From Escherichia phage ECML-10, in the sequence record OL631479.1: a stretch of DNA of 64,000 nt. One strand, 5' to 3'. The position numbers were made by a program, and so were the translations under genes. This document shows positions 19,117 through 28,789 of the stretch, one piece after another. The stretch's first letter is position 1, and each line of letters begins with the position of its first letter. Below the pieces are notes generated by a model that did not search any database, was not told where the DNA came from, and saw nothing but the letters and a program-made list of their open reading frames with translations.

Positions 19117-20166
19117 ATGAATTTAACACCTCGCAGCACCATGGTACACGGCATGAAAGAAAAACAGAACGGTTTCGAACCTATGAGTAATAAAATGTTC
19201 GGTATGCCGGGTGGTATTATGGAAACATACAGCTACCCAACACCAGTTGTTGACCACGTTCTTTATATCGACGATTTGGAAGACTTACAAGATCATATGT
19301 CTCGTCTGCAGACGATCCGTATGGCTCAGCCGGAAGAAAGCATTCGGGTGATCATCAATAGCCCTGGGGGTTGCGTGCACATTGCAATGGCTTATCTGCA
19401 GGCATTCCGCGAGTCTCAGGCAAGCGTTGTTGCACATGCTGAAGGGATGTGTTGCTCTGCTGGAACAATCTTATGGCTTGGTTGCAAAGAACGTACTGTG
19501 GCTCCGGACACAGAATTTATGTTCCACTACTATCAAGGTGGCACTTATGGTAACGGTGTGAACATGAATACTCAGGTCAGCTACTGGAAAAAACGTTTTG
19601 AACGCCTGATCGAAAAATACTACGGTGAGGTGCTGACAGAAGATGAGATCGCATCCATCACAGCTGGTGGCGAAGTGTGGTTGGACGGAGAAGAGCTGGC
19701 AGCACGCACTGGAGCTATTATTCTGGATGAAGGCAACATACAACGCATCCAGAACGGACAAAAACCGAAAAAGCTTCTGGCAAAAGGTGATGAGGAAGGC
19801 GTGTTAGGTGAAGCAGGTCTTCCGGAGATTCACCAGTGCACATCTTTAGATGAGTTAGTTCATGCTGTTGAATCTGCAAAAGAGGGTGGTTCGAAAGGTG
19901 ATGTTCACACTGTGTTCCTGAATCTGCAGATGGAAAGTGGCGAGACCGTCCGAATTGCCCTGGGTGAGATTACTTCAGAAGATCTGCAGAGATTCTCTGT
20001 CGTTGAACTTCAGGATATTCTGTCTCAATTGAAGACCACTCTGAACGGCGGTGAAGAGGTTAAGGTGAAAGATAAGACTCGCAAGCGTCTTGTGGACAAT
20101 ATTATTAAAACAGCAAAAGAGCTCAATGAAAAAATCCTGGGTGCAGGAATTGTCGAAGAAGCTTAA
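19117..20166 (+). CDS. ClpP-like serine protease
   Basis: segments INSPGGCVHIAMA and GMCCSAGT resemble the ClpP nucleophile region; 349 aa with C-terminal extension. Confidence 0.6.
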   Translation: MNLTPRSTMVHGMKEKQNGFEPMSNKMFGMPGGIMETYSYPTPVVDHVLYIDDLEDLQDHMSRLQTIRMAQPEESIRVIINSPGGCVHIAMAYLQAFRESQASVVAHAEGMCCSAGTILWLGCKERTVAPDTEFMFHYYQGGTYGNGVNMNTQVSYWKKRFERLIEKYYGEVLTEDEIASITAGGEVWLDGEELAARTGAIILDEGNIQRIQNGQKPKKLLAKGDEEGVLGEAGLPEIHQCTSLDELVHAVESAKEGGSKGDVHTVFLNLQMESGETVRIALGEITSEDLQRFSVVELQDILSQLKTTLNGGEEVKVKDKTRKRLVDNIIKTAKELNEKILGAGIVEEA

Positions 20167-20177
20167 ACATTAATTCT

Positions 20178-20200
20178 AAAGCCCTCTTCGGAGGGCTTTT
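20178..20200 (+). terminator. intrinsic terminator
   Basis: AAGCCCTC-ttcg-GAGGGCTTTT. Confidence 0.65.
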
Positions 20201-20217
20201 ATGATCTGGAGATTTGC

Positions 20218-20751
20218 ATGACTTGTGCTAGAAAACCTGATGAACAACGTAACGCATACGATGAGTATGTGACACCGGAGTGGTGTGCAGAAGGGCTGTA
20301 TGACCTCATTCCGTTCCCAGAAGATTGGACCTATTTGGAGCCTTGCAGAAATAGCGCCTCAGGCGTGTTCTACTCCCGTATGCCGTTAGGATCTGCATGG
20401 GGAGAAATCCAAGAAGGTGTTGACTATCTGAATACAGAATACAACCATGTTGACTGTATTATCACCAACCCACCGTACAGCTTGGCTCGTGAGTTTGTAG
20501 ACAAGGCGTTGAAAGATGCTGACGTAGTTATTATGCTTTTGCGTCTTAATTTTCTGGAAAGCAAAGCCAGATTTGAATGGTGGCTTGATAATGCACCTAC
20601 CACTGTGATCACAATATCTAAGCGTCCATCATTCCAATCGAATGGCAGAACTGACGGGCAAGCATATGCATATTTTGTATGGGACAAGAAAAACCGTCTA
20701 GACTTGCCGCCATTTATGTGGTTGGCACCACCAGAGGCAGATTTGAAATGA
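20218..20751 (+). CDS. small DNA methyltransferase (N6-adenine/N4-cytosine type, NPPY)
   Basis: motif DCIITNPPYS; 177 aa. Confidence 0.55.
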   Translation: MTCARKPDEQRNAYDEYVTPEWCAEGLYDLIPFPEDWTYLEPCRNSASGVFYSRMPLGSAWGEIQEGVDYLNTEYNHVDCIITNPPYSLAREFVDKALKDADVVIMLLRLNFLESKARFEWWLDNAPTTVITISKRPSFQSNGRTDGQAYAYFVWDKKNRLDLPPFMWLAPPEADLK

Positions 20752-20753
20752 AA

Positions 20754-21032
20754 ATGAGTGCTAAGGACAAGTTGCACCAGTTAGCGCTAAAACGTCCTGT
20801 AACGCTCCCTGACGAGCTTAACTCCATTTATGATGCGATTGTAGGGGAGATACAAAATAAAGCGTTAGCAGGCTTTCTGGGATGCGGATTTTCGATAAAT
20901 CTACCCTCACATCTCTCAGATTACTTCCCGCATATTGTTGGGGATTTGAGGGCAGGAGGTCTGCAGGTAGATGTTGTTGGCATCTCTCCAGAGAAAAATA
21001 ACACGGTTGCCTACTTGACAGTAACCTGGTAG
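20754..21032 (+). CDS. hypothetical protein
   Basis: ATG just after methyltransferase stop. Confidence 0.4.
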   Translation: MSAKDKLHQLALKRPVTLPDELNSIYDAIVGEIQNKALAGFLGCGFSINLPSHLSDYFPHIVGDLRAGGLQVDVVGISPEKNNTVAYLTVTW

Positions 21033-21066
21033 TTGTGTATTGTTGTTATCAACAAGGGGGTCATTT

Positions 21067-21306
21067 ATGTACAAGTCATTTTCAATTTACTCAAGACAGG
21101 CGAAACACTACACAGAGATCCTGATTACTCAGAAAAAATCTGTAGAGGGTGAGTGGGAGTATCACCATAAAATGTTGCGTCCAGCTTGGGTTTTTGATAG
21201 ACTTATTGCTATGATCCCTCTTGGAGAAGTATACCCTCTGACAGGTCATAGGGATGCTTGGGATTTAATTGATTACATAGATTCATTTAAGGAGCCCAGT
21301 GTATGA
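21067..21306 (+). CDS. hypothetical protein
   Basis: ATG after AAGGGGG RBS. Confidence 0.4.
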   Translation: MYKSFSIYSRQAKHYTEILITQKKSVEGEWEYHHKMLRPAWVFDRLIAMIPLGEVYPLTGHRDAWDLIDYIDSFKEPSV

Positions 21307-21701
21307 AGATTGAGATCACTAAAGAAGGTAAGAAAGTGTCTGGAGACTATGCAACAGTAATTCGAGATTTAATGTTTGAAACCACCAAGTTCGGCACATC
21401 TAAAGTTGGTCAAACGGTGAGTGTGCAAGGTAATATCACCTCAGGAGAGAAGATAATCATCGTGATCAAAGGACAAGATCCTGTGGAAGGAACAGTGGGC
21501 CGAGGAGGCTACCTGTGCATTTCTGAAGAACCGCGCATGCTGGTTGCTGATGACTCCACAGGTAAAAAGCGGGTATGTAACACTGACGAGGTGATGATTA
21601 TCTATCCAGTCAACCCAGATGATCCTGCAACATGGATTGTGGGGAATGAAATCTTCTCTTTAGAAGAGTTATCCTTCCCAGCTCCGCGCTCTGTTCAGTA
21701 A
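21303..21701 (+). CDS. hypothetical protein
   Basis: 132 aa ORF, overlaps upstream stop. Confidence 0.45.
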   Translation: MKIEITKEGKKVSGDYATVIRDLMFETTKFGTSKVGQTVSVQGNITSGEKIIIVIKGQDPVEGTVGRGGYLCISEEPRMLVADDSTGKKRVCNTDEVMIIYPVNPDDPATWIVGNEIFSLEELSFPAPRSVQ

Positions 21702-21740
21702 TAATTTATCTTACCAGGGACGGTAGAAGTAGGAGGTAGC

Positions 21741-21974
21741 ATGAAAGTTAAATTTCTTACAGATTTAGGGTACCCTTCCTTGGTTGACTGCGTTGGTAAA
21801 ATTGTGGAAGCAAAACGACTATCTGCAAACGATAATGTTGTCATGGTTAAGGGAAAAGATTTACTATCTGCAGGTGCAGAGTCTGGCAGGATCTCTCCTG
21901 ACTATACGTATTACCTGTCTTTAAGTAATCTACCAGAACGAGGCGGCAAAGGCCTTGAAGTTGTGGAGGAGTGA
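21741..21974 (+). CDS. small acidic protein, paralog family member
   Basis: MKVKFL... start, K-G-K-D-L-L-S-A-G-A core, C-terminal EVVEE; AGGAGG RBS. Confidence 0.5.
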   Translation: MKVKFLTDLGYPSLVDCVGKIVEAKRLSANDNVVMVKGKDLLSAGAESGRISPDYTYYLSLSNLPERGGKGLEVVEE

Positions 21975-22498
21975 CAGGTATGCTACTGGTTGATTGGAAA
22001 GATTTTTATGGCGATAAAGACCCGAAAGCATTTATATATAAGCCTTGGAGATACTCAGAGAGTCAAATTGCTGCAATAAACCTTACAGCAAAGCGCCGAA
22101 AAATTATTGAAAGTAAATATAGATACGCCCAGCTAGTGGCTGGTGTTTCTCCACAGGTAGAGGGTTTTGTACTTAAACTGTACGAAAAGTTTATGAATTA
22201 CGATTTGTCATTCGTGAAGGTGGGCGAGGATTTATCCCCTGGTAACAACGTAACCCGTTGGAAAGTTTCGTGTGACAAAAAACTCCCGATCAGTATTGAG
22301 GTGTGTCGATACTGGGGGTATCATGATTGTGGATTGTATGACTACCATGATGTGGAAATAAAGCCACGCAATCATCTAAGCGACCCAGAAAAAGATTACT
22401 TGAAGCATGTGATTCTTTCCATGTTTGGAGGGTATATCACAGAGAAAAATAGCGAAGACAGAGTATCCTTTCTTAACAGTTTGAACCAGGAGATGTAA
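21971..22498 (+). CDS. hypothetical protein
   Basis: 175 aa ORF, overlapping stop/start. Confidence 0.45.
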   Translation: MTGMLLVDWKDFYGDKDPKAFIYKPWRYSESQIAAINLTAKRRKIIESKYRYAQLVAGVSPQVEGFVLKLYEKFMNYDLSFVKVGEDLSPGNNVTRWKVSCDKKLPISIEVCRYWGYHDCGLYDYHDVEIKPRNHLSDPEKDYLKHVILSMFGGYITEKNSEDRVSFLNSLNQEM

Positions 22499-22499
22499 T

Positions 22500-22736
22500 A
22501 TGGCCATAGATACTGTGTTGGTTTGGTATTGCGCATTGACCTTTCTGACAATGGTTGTTTTAGCAACTCTTTGCATCATATCTTGTAGAAAAATTAAGTT
22601 TGACGACTTTATAACTATAATCACTGCCGCACCTTTTTGGCCTGTCGTTCTCTTCATTGTTGTTATGTGCTTGGTAGATCACTGTAAAACCGTCAGAAAA
22701 ATGAAGGAGGCAGATAAGAATGGTAACAGTGACTGA
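22500..22736 (+). CDS. small membrane protein
   Basis: two hydrophobic helices (VLVWYCALTFLTMVVLATLCII; FWPVVLFIVVMCLV). Confidence 0.4.
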   Translation: MAIDTVLVWYCALTFLTMVVLATLCIISCRKIKFDDFITIITAAPFWPVVLFIVVMCLVDHCKTVRKMKEADKNGNSD

Positions 22737-22956
22737 AACTGTTTATACTGTTCTTAGGGAGATTGCATTCTATACAGACCTTAGTTCAGTATCTTCATGG
22801 GAAAAGAGTGTGTATTTAAAATGGTGCGTGAAATTAGAGGTGACCTTCTAATGTTTCAAGCCATGTTTATTGAAATGCTCTCCGGAGTATTACTGCTGGT
22901 AGCCATTTTGGGTGGTGCGGCACTAATGTATAATTATCTTGAAAAAGGGGACAGTA

Positions 22957-23142
22957 ATGACAAAAAATAAATCCTTAGAACAGGCTGAAAACCTTCTCCA
23001 CGAGCTGGTAAAGGAGTGGAAAGTTGAATACTCAGATTTTAATGCAAGAGAGGGGGAAGATTATTGGCCTACGGAGCGCTCAGAGGGAGAGTGGTATCAA
23101 GATTTCATAGAATGGTTATATCAGACGTGTGATGAGGGGTGA
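22957..23142 (+). CDS. hypothetical acidic protein
   Basis: ATG after AAAAGGGGA. Confidence 0.4.
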   Translation: MTKNKSLEQAENLLHELVKEWKVEYSDFNAREGEDYWPTERSEGEWYQDFIEWLYQTCDEG

Positions 23143-23145
23143 CGA

Positions 23146-23600
23146 TGTTTGTTAAATATGTAAAAACGTGCCTCAACAACCTTGGTAGAGAGCATTGGTA
23201 CACCTTGCTTGAAAAAGGAGAAATTTTAACAAAATCTGGAAAGATAACTTTGATACCCTTGGATGATAAAGACCCGTCACTACTTGTCATAGATGATTAC
23301 GTTACAGGTGTGTCGTACGAGGTCTCTGTGGAGAGGTTAATACGCAGATCTGGAGGGCCTTATGACCGAAGAGAGTATGTTTTCGATTCTGTTACAGAGA
23401 AGGAGGATCCGTCTCTAATGTTTAGGATGGTAATCAGGGATATGAAATCATCTATAAATAGGATCGTAAAGGACATTAAAGAGCCTTTTAGGGTAAAAGT
23501 TAAGAAGTTTTTTGATTCTAAGATTAACATACTCGCCGTTGTGCTAGGCGTAATTCAACTTCTGTTAATTTTGCACTATCTTGAACTGTTGTTCAAGTAG
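23146..23600 (+). CDS. hypothetical protein with C-terminal TM helix
   Basis: ATG overlapping upstream stop; C-terminal ILAVVLGVIQLLLILHYL. Confidence 0.4.
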
Positions 23601-23660
23601 TGTGCAACAAGGCACAAAGGATGTGCCATGATTAAATAAACTAAGAAAGAGGTAGAGAGA

Positions 23661-24008
23661 ATGCCAAAGATTAAGTCGGTATTAATGTGGGCAGCTGTTG
23701 TAGCTTTTGTAGGATACTGGACTTGGGAAACTGAATTAAAAGATATCGGATATACCAGTCTTGAGAGCAAGGCATGCATTGGCATAACCGATGCATTCAG
23801 GCAAAATGCTATGGATCACGAATGTGTTGATGCAGATATAGATGAGAAACTGTCTAAGGACAAGGATTTTTACCATGGTCATGCCTTGCTTGATAGTGGT
23901 GACACTGTGGAATTCTGGTCGTGGTTCCGTGAAGATGGAACAATAAAGACAGCAGTAAAGATTTCCAACAAAGAGTTAATGCTGTTGCAGCAGAAGGAGG
24001 TGCAATGA
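23661..24008 (+). CDS. hypothetical protein with N-terminal signal/anchor
   Basis: GAGGTAGAGAGA RBS; N-terminal VLMWAAVVAFVGYWTW. Confidence 0.45.
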   Translation: MPKIKSVLMWAAVVAFVGYWTWETELKDIGYTSLESKACIGITDAFRQNAMDHECVDADIDEKLSKDKDFYHGHALLDSGDTVEFWSWFREDGTIKTAVKISNKELMLLQQKEVQ

Positions 24009-24292
24009 TTTGGATATCCTACACTGATGGCACCATGCTGTATACCGCAGGTACTAGGTATGAAGTTCAGGAGGACGATAAAAAATTTATCGTAAAAACA
24101 TTTGACAAGGACGACAACCTTTTGCTAGAATTGACTTACAAGGTTGGAGAGGTATCCGATATCCAATTGGATTGTGGTCATAAAGATAATCCACTCAAAA
24201 AACCTGGAATAGGCAAGGCTTCAGAAGAACGTTTGTCTCGTATTGCAGAAAGCGTTTCTCCCCAAAAATCTAAGAAGAGGAGTAGAAAATGA
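24005..24292 (+). CDS. hypothetical protein
   Basis: 95 aa ORF overlapping upstream stop. Confidence 0.4.
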   Translation: MIWISYTDGTMLYTAGTRYEVQEDDKKFIVKTFDKDDNLLLELTYKVGEVSDIQLDCGHKDNPLKKPGIGKASEERLSRIAESVSPQKSKKRSRK

Positions 24293-24489
24293 GTGACAAA
24301 ATTCTTAAATTTAATACCTACTATGAGAATGATTTGAACGATCTGTATTATATAGTGCGTAGCGAAAACCCGAATGTAGTACTGTTTTGCCGAGAACCTT
24401 TCAAAGGAGAGGAGATTGAATCTACCATGAATGTGGATCAGATTTCACACCTGCTGCTCCTTGGATCATTAAAAGAGGCAGTATTCTAA
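24289..24489 (+). CDS. hypothetical protein
   Basis: 66 aa ORF. Confidence 0.35.
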   Translation: MSDKILKFNTYYENDLNDLYYIVRSENPNVVLFCREPFKGEEIESTMNVDQISHLLLLGSLKEAVF

Positions 24490-24508
24490 ACCAGGATGGA
24501 GGGTTTTT

Positions 24509-24694
24509 ATGAAGCACTATTGTCTGTCTGGCAGAATGGGTGCAGATTGTGATTGGGTTTTCTTAAAACTTGTCAGTATTCGAGAGTTCATTCCAGAGGA
24601 AGAGCAAGAAAGTGAGCTGATGTCATGGATCAACCATTACGGTAACACTTTTCGGCATGTTAAGGTGGAAGAGTTGCCAAGCGAGGCTGATTGA
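24509..24694 (+). CDS. hypothetical protein
   Basis: 61 aa ORF after GGATGGAGGG. Confidence 0.35.
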   Translation: MKHYCLSGRMGADCDWVFLKLVSIREFIPEEEQESELMSWINHYGNTFRHVKVEELPSEAD

Positions 24695-24789
24695 CTATGA
24701 TTGCATCAATATTAACGTTTATGGGTGGCGTGGCATTCGGATTCATTGTTTGCCTGTTTATAGTGATTATGTCTATGCGAGGCTGAATT

Positions 24790-25083
24790 ATGAAACTTTT
24801 TGAGTGGTTTAAAAAGTTTAAATATAAAGCTGTAGCCATCGTGCCGTGGTCCATTCAGTGGGTGGACGATGAGGGATTACCAATTCCAGGTGATAAAGAC
24901 ACGGGATACTGGATCATGCTTGAGAACGGGTTCGGTAAACGGAAATATTCCTGCACGGATACCTCAGGAGCATCTTTTAGGAGAATTCCTGGGTATAAAT
25001 GTATGATTGTGTGGAAGATGTCTGGTGTACCTCCGGCCAATGCACAATATCTTACTACCAATCCAACCACAGAAGAGGACTAG
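24790..25083 (+). CDS. hypothetical protein
   Basis: 97 aa ORF. Confidence 0.4.
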   Translation: MKLFEWFKKFKYKAVAIVPWSIQWVDDEGLPIPGDKDTGYWIMLENGFGKRKYSCTDTSGASFRRIPGYKCMIVWKMSGVPPANAQYLTTNPTTEED

Positions 25084-25085
25084 TA

Positions 25086-25367
25086 ATGAAAAAGATTTGC
25101 GATACAGATGTGGAGTTCAAGGTGTGTAGTAAGGAGACCTATTGGGAAGTGAGACAAAAGGTATATTTGTTTGGACTTATCCCATATTGGTCCAAATTCT
25201 ACTGGGGAGCAGATGAATTAGGGAGATATGCCACCAAAGCTATGGCGCTTATAGGTATAGCTGAATATATTGCTGCTAGGGACAGGGCTGGAAAAACCTG
25301 CTACTACACTGCTGACGAGATTCGTAACAGTGTTTACGTCCCCCAACCACCTGAAGGAGACCGTTGA
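25086..25367 (+). CDS. hypothetical protein
   Basis: ATG at 25086; 93 aa. Confidence 0.4.
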   Translation: MKKICDTDVEFKVCSKETYWEVRQKVYLFGLIPYWSKFYWGADELGRYATKAMALIGIAEYIAARDRAGKTCYYTADEIRNSVYVPQPPEGDR

Positions 25368-25591
25368 TGAAAGTTAAAGTTTTAGATTCAAGCTTCTATA
25401 TTGGTCAGGAGCCTTTAGTGGGTAAAGTGTTTACCGCTGTCCATAACGAAGATTATCCTGACCTTTTAAAAATAAAGGGTGCAGATCTTATTGCCGCTGG
25501 TGCATCTCAGGAATGCTTTGACAGTCAGTGGACCTACAACTTTGCCCTAGGTGAGGATGTAGAGATAGTGGAGGACGATCATGAAGGTTAA
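25364..25591 (+). CDS. small acidic protein, paralog family member
   Basis: MKVKVLDSSFYIGQ..., IKGADLIAAGA, C-terminal EIVEDDHEG. Confidence 0.5.
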   Translation: MMKVKVLDSSFYIGQEPLVGKVFTAVHNEDYPDLLKIKGADLIAAGASQECFDSQWTYNFALGEDVEIVEDDHEG

Positions 25592-25835
25592 AATTCTTGA
25601 TTCTAACGTCTACTTGGGGCAATCCTTCCTGAAAGGAAAGGTCGTACCTGCGGTATACTTTGAAGGGTTGCCGTGGGATGATCCTGTGCGGCAACATCAC
25701 AGTTATGTAGGCCACAACGTGGTGTTTATCTTGGGATCAGACCTGATCACCGCTGGTGCACCTGAATATTATTTCGGGGAAGAGTCCTATTATGCCTTTG
25801 GGGTAGGGTCAGATGCAGATATTGTAGAGCTGTGA
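25581..25835 (+). CDS. small acidic protein, paralog family member
   Basis: MKVKILDSNVYLGQ..., GSDLITAGA; close paralog of 25364-25591. Confidence 0.5.
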   Translation: MKVKILDSNVYLGQSFLKGKVVPAVYFEGLPWDDPVRQHHSYVGHNVVFILGSDLITAGAPEYYFGEESYYAFGVGSDADIVEL

Positions 25836-25847
25836 TGGGTAACCGTT

Positions 25848-26246
25848 GTGAAAAATAAACTGTTCAAAGTTACAATGAAAATTCGCGGAGCTTGGAGCGT
25901 AAAGCAAGGGCGTATCCCAGAATTTGAGAAAGATTTCTACGTAGTCTCCACCTCGGAGGAGGCTGCATGCTGGCAGGCTGGCTATGCCTATGCAAGAACC
26001 TGGTACGAAGGATACCAGACTGGGGGCTATGACGGAGAAATTGTCAGCAAGGGTGTAGAAGAAATTAATGTGTTGACAAGTGAAAAAGTTTTTGTTATAG
26101 TGCATCCAGATTCCAGAGTGAAGCATTACTGGAATGCCAGAACAAAAACTTGGACACCGTTTGCAGACTCTGCTACACCACTTTTAAACCAAAAAGCTCT
26201 TGACTCTGCCCCGAGCTATGGGGTTGTTGAAGAAAAGCTAAACTGA
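25848..26246 (+). CDS. hypothetical protein, paralog of 28057-28452
   Basis: shared segments VIVHPDS..HYWNARTKTWTP versus VMRHPHS..YYWDVLNNEWTP. Confidence 0.5.
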   Translation: MKNKLFKVTMKIRGAWSVKQGRIPEFEKDFYVVSTSEEAACWQAGYAYARTWYEGYQTGGYDGEIVSKGVEEINVLTSEKVFVIVHPDSRVKHYWNARTKTWTPFADSATPLLNQKALDSAPSYGVVEEKLN

Positions 26247-26263
26247 AACAGTGAGGTGTCACT

Positions 26264-26554
26264 ATGATGGATTTAATTCTAAATATTGATAACGCAGAAG
26301 AATTTAAAGACGATGGTGTAACAAGCATGGACAAACCCTGCTCTGCTAAGGTTGACTCAAAATGGACCTACAAGTTTGACGGAGAGATCTTTGCAAATGA
26401 TGAGAAGGTTGTAGATGCTGCAGCCATTTTAAACGCTCTAGGGTACGACCCTGTGAATTCTTTGATCAAGGATCCTGTTGAGTTTGCAGAGTATGTTCGA
26501 AAAATGGCAGATCTTGCTGCGGATATTTTAAAAACTATAGACAACAAGCTGTAA
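26264..26554 (+). CDS. hypothetical acidic protein
   Basis: 96 aa ORF. Confidence 0.4.
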   Translation: MMDLILNIDNAEEFKDDGVTSMDKPCSAKVDSKWTYKFDGEIFANDEKVVDAAAILNALGYDPVNSLIKDPVEFAEYVRKMADLAADILKTIDNKL

Positions 26555-26560
26555 AAACTG

Positions 26561-26589
26561 TTGACACAACGCTTCAGATTTAGTATCAT
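26561..26589 (+). promoter_or_regulatory. sigma70-like promoter followed by leader hairpin
   Basis: TTGACA-17 nt-TATCAT; hairpin AGAGGGTTTGGTTCCCTCT at about 26598-26620 before the RBS. Confidence 0.45.
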
Positions 26590-26636
26590 TGTTTTCAAAG
26601 AGGGTTTGGTTCCCTCTTCTTTAAAAGGAACACGTT

Positions 26637-26954
26637 ATGCAAATTGAAATCACTGGCAACGTAGAAATCACTGAAGGTATGGTGTCTTTCATTTCCCACA
26701 AAATGTCTAAGCTGGAGCGTTTGCACCCCTCTGCCAACTATACACGTGTGAGTGTAAAAGTTGAAAATGATCACCAGGAAGTCATGGCGTTCATTTTTGA
26801 CACTTCCGGAAAAGAAGTTATTGCCAAAGCTAAAGGCAGTGACGCTTACGAGGCAACTGACCGTATGGTAGATGTTGCAGCACGTCAGTTGGCTAAATGC
26901 GGTGGAAAGAAAGGTAAAGGGAAGGGCAAAGTAAAGATTGACTTTGGAGAATGA
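26637..26954 (+). CDS. hypothetical protein with Gly/Lys-rich C-terminus
   Basis: 105 aa; C-terminal GGKKGKGKGKVK. Confidence 0.45.
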   Translation: MQIEITGNVEITEGMVSFISHKMSKLERLHPSANYTRVSVKVENDHQEVMAFIFDTSGKEVIAKAKGSDAYEATDRMVDVAARQLAKCGGKKGKGKGKVKIDFGE

Positions 26955-27091
26955 GGTGCTACAATGGGCGTGATTAAGAAATTAGTACCAAATGTAGAGA
27001 TTGCATGCTTTGAAATTATGTTTGCAATCGCAGTTGTAGTTAATGTGTTAGGTTACGGCTATTAATATCAAATAATTGAGGAGACCTCTAA

Positions 27092-27361
27092 ATGAAAATT
27101 AAATTATTCAAAACTGAGCTGGCAGACAAAAACTGTGGACTGGTTGAAGGCATGATCGTTGAAGCACAACCAGTGGACTACATGAAGGTAGTTCGTGATG
27201 CCTTGGGTGAAGGCTTTGATCTGATGGAGCCAGCTCTGCGAGAAGATGTTATCGAGATGGCTAAAAAGCACACACCTGAAGGCTTGGTGGTGTTTGTTGC
27301 ACCGGGTAACGGAGAAGAGTTGATTGTAACTCCTGATGTGTATGAGATTGTAGAAGAGTAA
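27092..27361 (+). CDS. small acidic protein, paralog family member
   Basis: MKIKLFK..., C-terminal YEIVEE; GAGGAGA RBS. Confidence 0.5.
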   Translation: MKIKLFKTELADKNCGLVEGMIVEAQPVDYMKVVRDALGEGFDLMEPALREDVIEMAKKHTPEGLVVFVAPGNGEELIVTPDVYEIVEE

Positions 27362-27456
27362 TCCTGCTTGGATTAGCATACTTCTCTCAATAAAAAGAAA
27401 AGTTTGTAATTATTTGTGGGAAAGGAATCCCCATCTCTTGCCAGAGGTGATACTAT

Positions 27457-27720
27457 ATGATTGTTTATTTTAAAACTTCAGGTGGATACCCTGATTCTCA
27501 AAGCTTGATCGGAAAAACGTGCACAGCATACTCACCTCTTGATGAGGAGGTAAGCGATATTCTACGAGATATGTATCGGATTGATCCCCAAGAAGCTTTT
27601 GATCAAAACCTTGTATTTGTCAAGGGCTCAGACATGAAGTCTTTGGGAGCATTCCCTGAAGCAGATGATGATGCCGTTTATTCGTTCATGACTCCTTTTG
27701 AAGCTATGGTTGTTGGGTGA
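27457..27720 (+). CDS. small acidic protein, paralog family member
   Basis: VFVKGSDMKSLGA core. Confidence 0.45.
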   Translation: MIVYFKTSGGYPDSQSLIGKTCTAYSPLDEEVSDILRDMYRIDPQEAFDQNLVFVKGSDMKSLGAFPEADDDAVYSFMTPFEAMVVG

Positions 27721-27724
27721 GAAT

Positions 27725-28057
27725 ATGAAAGTACGATTTATTGGTGAAACAATTCCTGTGCATCTCCGGTCGCCTGAAGATTCTGCAGATCTTGCATCTC
27801 AGAAGGCGAGAGGTTATGATAAGAAAGTAATCTCAAACGATGTAGAACTTGAGGCTACTAGTTTACCTGACCCTGCTGCATTCTTTAATCATTATGGATA
27901 CTATTTCAGCAATCTGATGAATATCGGTGAGCTTGTGTTTATTAGTGGTGGAGAAATTGTTAGCAAGCTTGGCGGCGATCCGGATGTCTTTCATGAAACC
28001 TGTCCTTTTGCATTTGTGGTAGGTTCAGATGTGGAAGTTATTGAGGAGGTGCGGTAA
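27725..28057 (+). CDS. small acidic protein, paralog family member
   Basis: MKVRFIGE..., VFISGGEIVSKLGG, C-terminal VEVIEEVR. Confidence 0.5.
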   Translation: MKVRFIGETIPVHLRSPEDSADLASQKARGYDKKVISNDVELEATSLPDPAAFFNHYGYYFSNLMNIGELVFISGGEIVSKLGGDPDVFHETCPFAFVVGSDVEVIEEVR

Positions 28058-28452
28058 TGGTAAGACTATACCGTGTTGAGTATAGCTCAGATACTGTATA
28101 CAACGTAAGAAGCAAAGATCGCAGCGACAGAGTGCAAGAAATGTATGTTCTTGCCGACAGTCCGCTATCTGCAGCGTTCAAGGCAGGGGCTCTTGCATCT
28201 CGTTGGAAATTTGAAGGTGGATCTTTCTATGAAGAAACCCTTGAAGATTCTGTTGTTATTTCTTCTGTAGAGGTTTCAGATGACTACGAAGGGAAAAAGT
28301 TCGTAATGCGGCACCCACACAGCAACATTGCGTACTACTGGGATGTTCTGAACAACGAGTGGACCCCAGATCTTCAGAAGGCTACTGTGCTAACACCGTT
28401 TTTGGCAGATAAGTTTCCACCAGAAGGTAATTTATCCGCACTGTTTCAGTAA
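28057..28452 (+). CDS. hypothetical protein, paralog of 25848-26246
   Basis: see 25848-26246. Confidence 0.5.
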   Translation: MVRLYRVEYSSDTVYNVRSKDRSDRVQEMYVLADSPLSAAFKAGALASRWKFEGGSFYEETLEDSVVISSVEVSDDYEGKKFVMRHPHSNIAYYWDVLNNEWTPDLQKATVLTPFLADKFPPEGNLSALFQ

Positions 28453-28470
28453 TTTTCTTGCACACAGGTG

Positions 28471-28499
28471 TTGACAACGCCAACCCTGTGTGAAATAAT
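28471..28499 (+). promoter_or_regulatory. sigma70-like promoter with flanking 8-bp inverted repeat
   Basis: TTGACA-17 nt-AATAAT; CACACAGG ... CCTGTGTG brackets the -35 box. Confidence 0.45.
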
Positions 28500-28531
28500 A
28501 CCTTCATCTTAACAAGACAGGAGACCGATTG

Positions 28532-28789
28532 ATGAAGATTAAATTGAAAAACCTTGAAACGGCAGAGATTCAGGACGGTGTAGATTTCCGTTCTAAAGAT
28601 GGTGACATCTTAGAGGTAAATCTTCCAACCTACACGCTGATTAAAGGTTTTGGCAACGTTCCGGAAGAGGATATTCCAGAAATTCTTATGATGTTGATTC
28701 TTGACGGAACTGTGTTTGTAGGTGAAGGTGAGAACGCTATTGCAATCCCAAGCCATTTTTATGAAGTAGTCGACGAAGAGGTGCTGTAA
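28532..28789 (+). CDS. small acidic protein, paralog family member
   Basis: MKIKLKNLE..., C-terminal YEVVDEEVL. Confidence 0.5.
   Translation: MKIKLKNLETAEIQDGVDFRSKDGDILEVNLPTYTLIKGFGNVPEEDIPEILMMLILDGTVFVGEGENAIAIPSHFYEVVDEEVL

Noticed and set aside
26078-26106. Promoter-like TTGACA-17-TATAGT inside the CDS at 25848-26246
   Set aside because: It lies within a coding region with no downstream start nearby; likely a chance match, though an internal promoter cannot be excluded.
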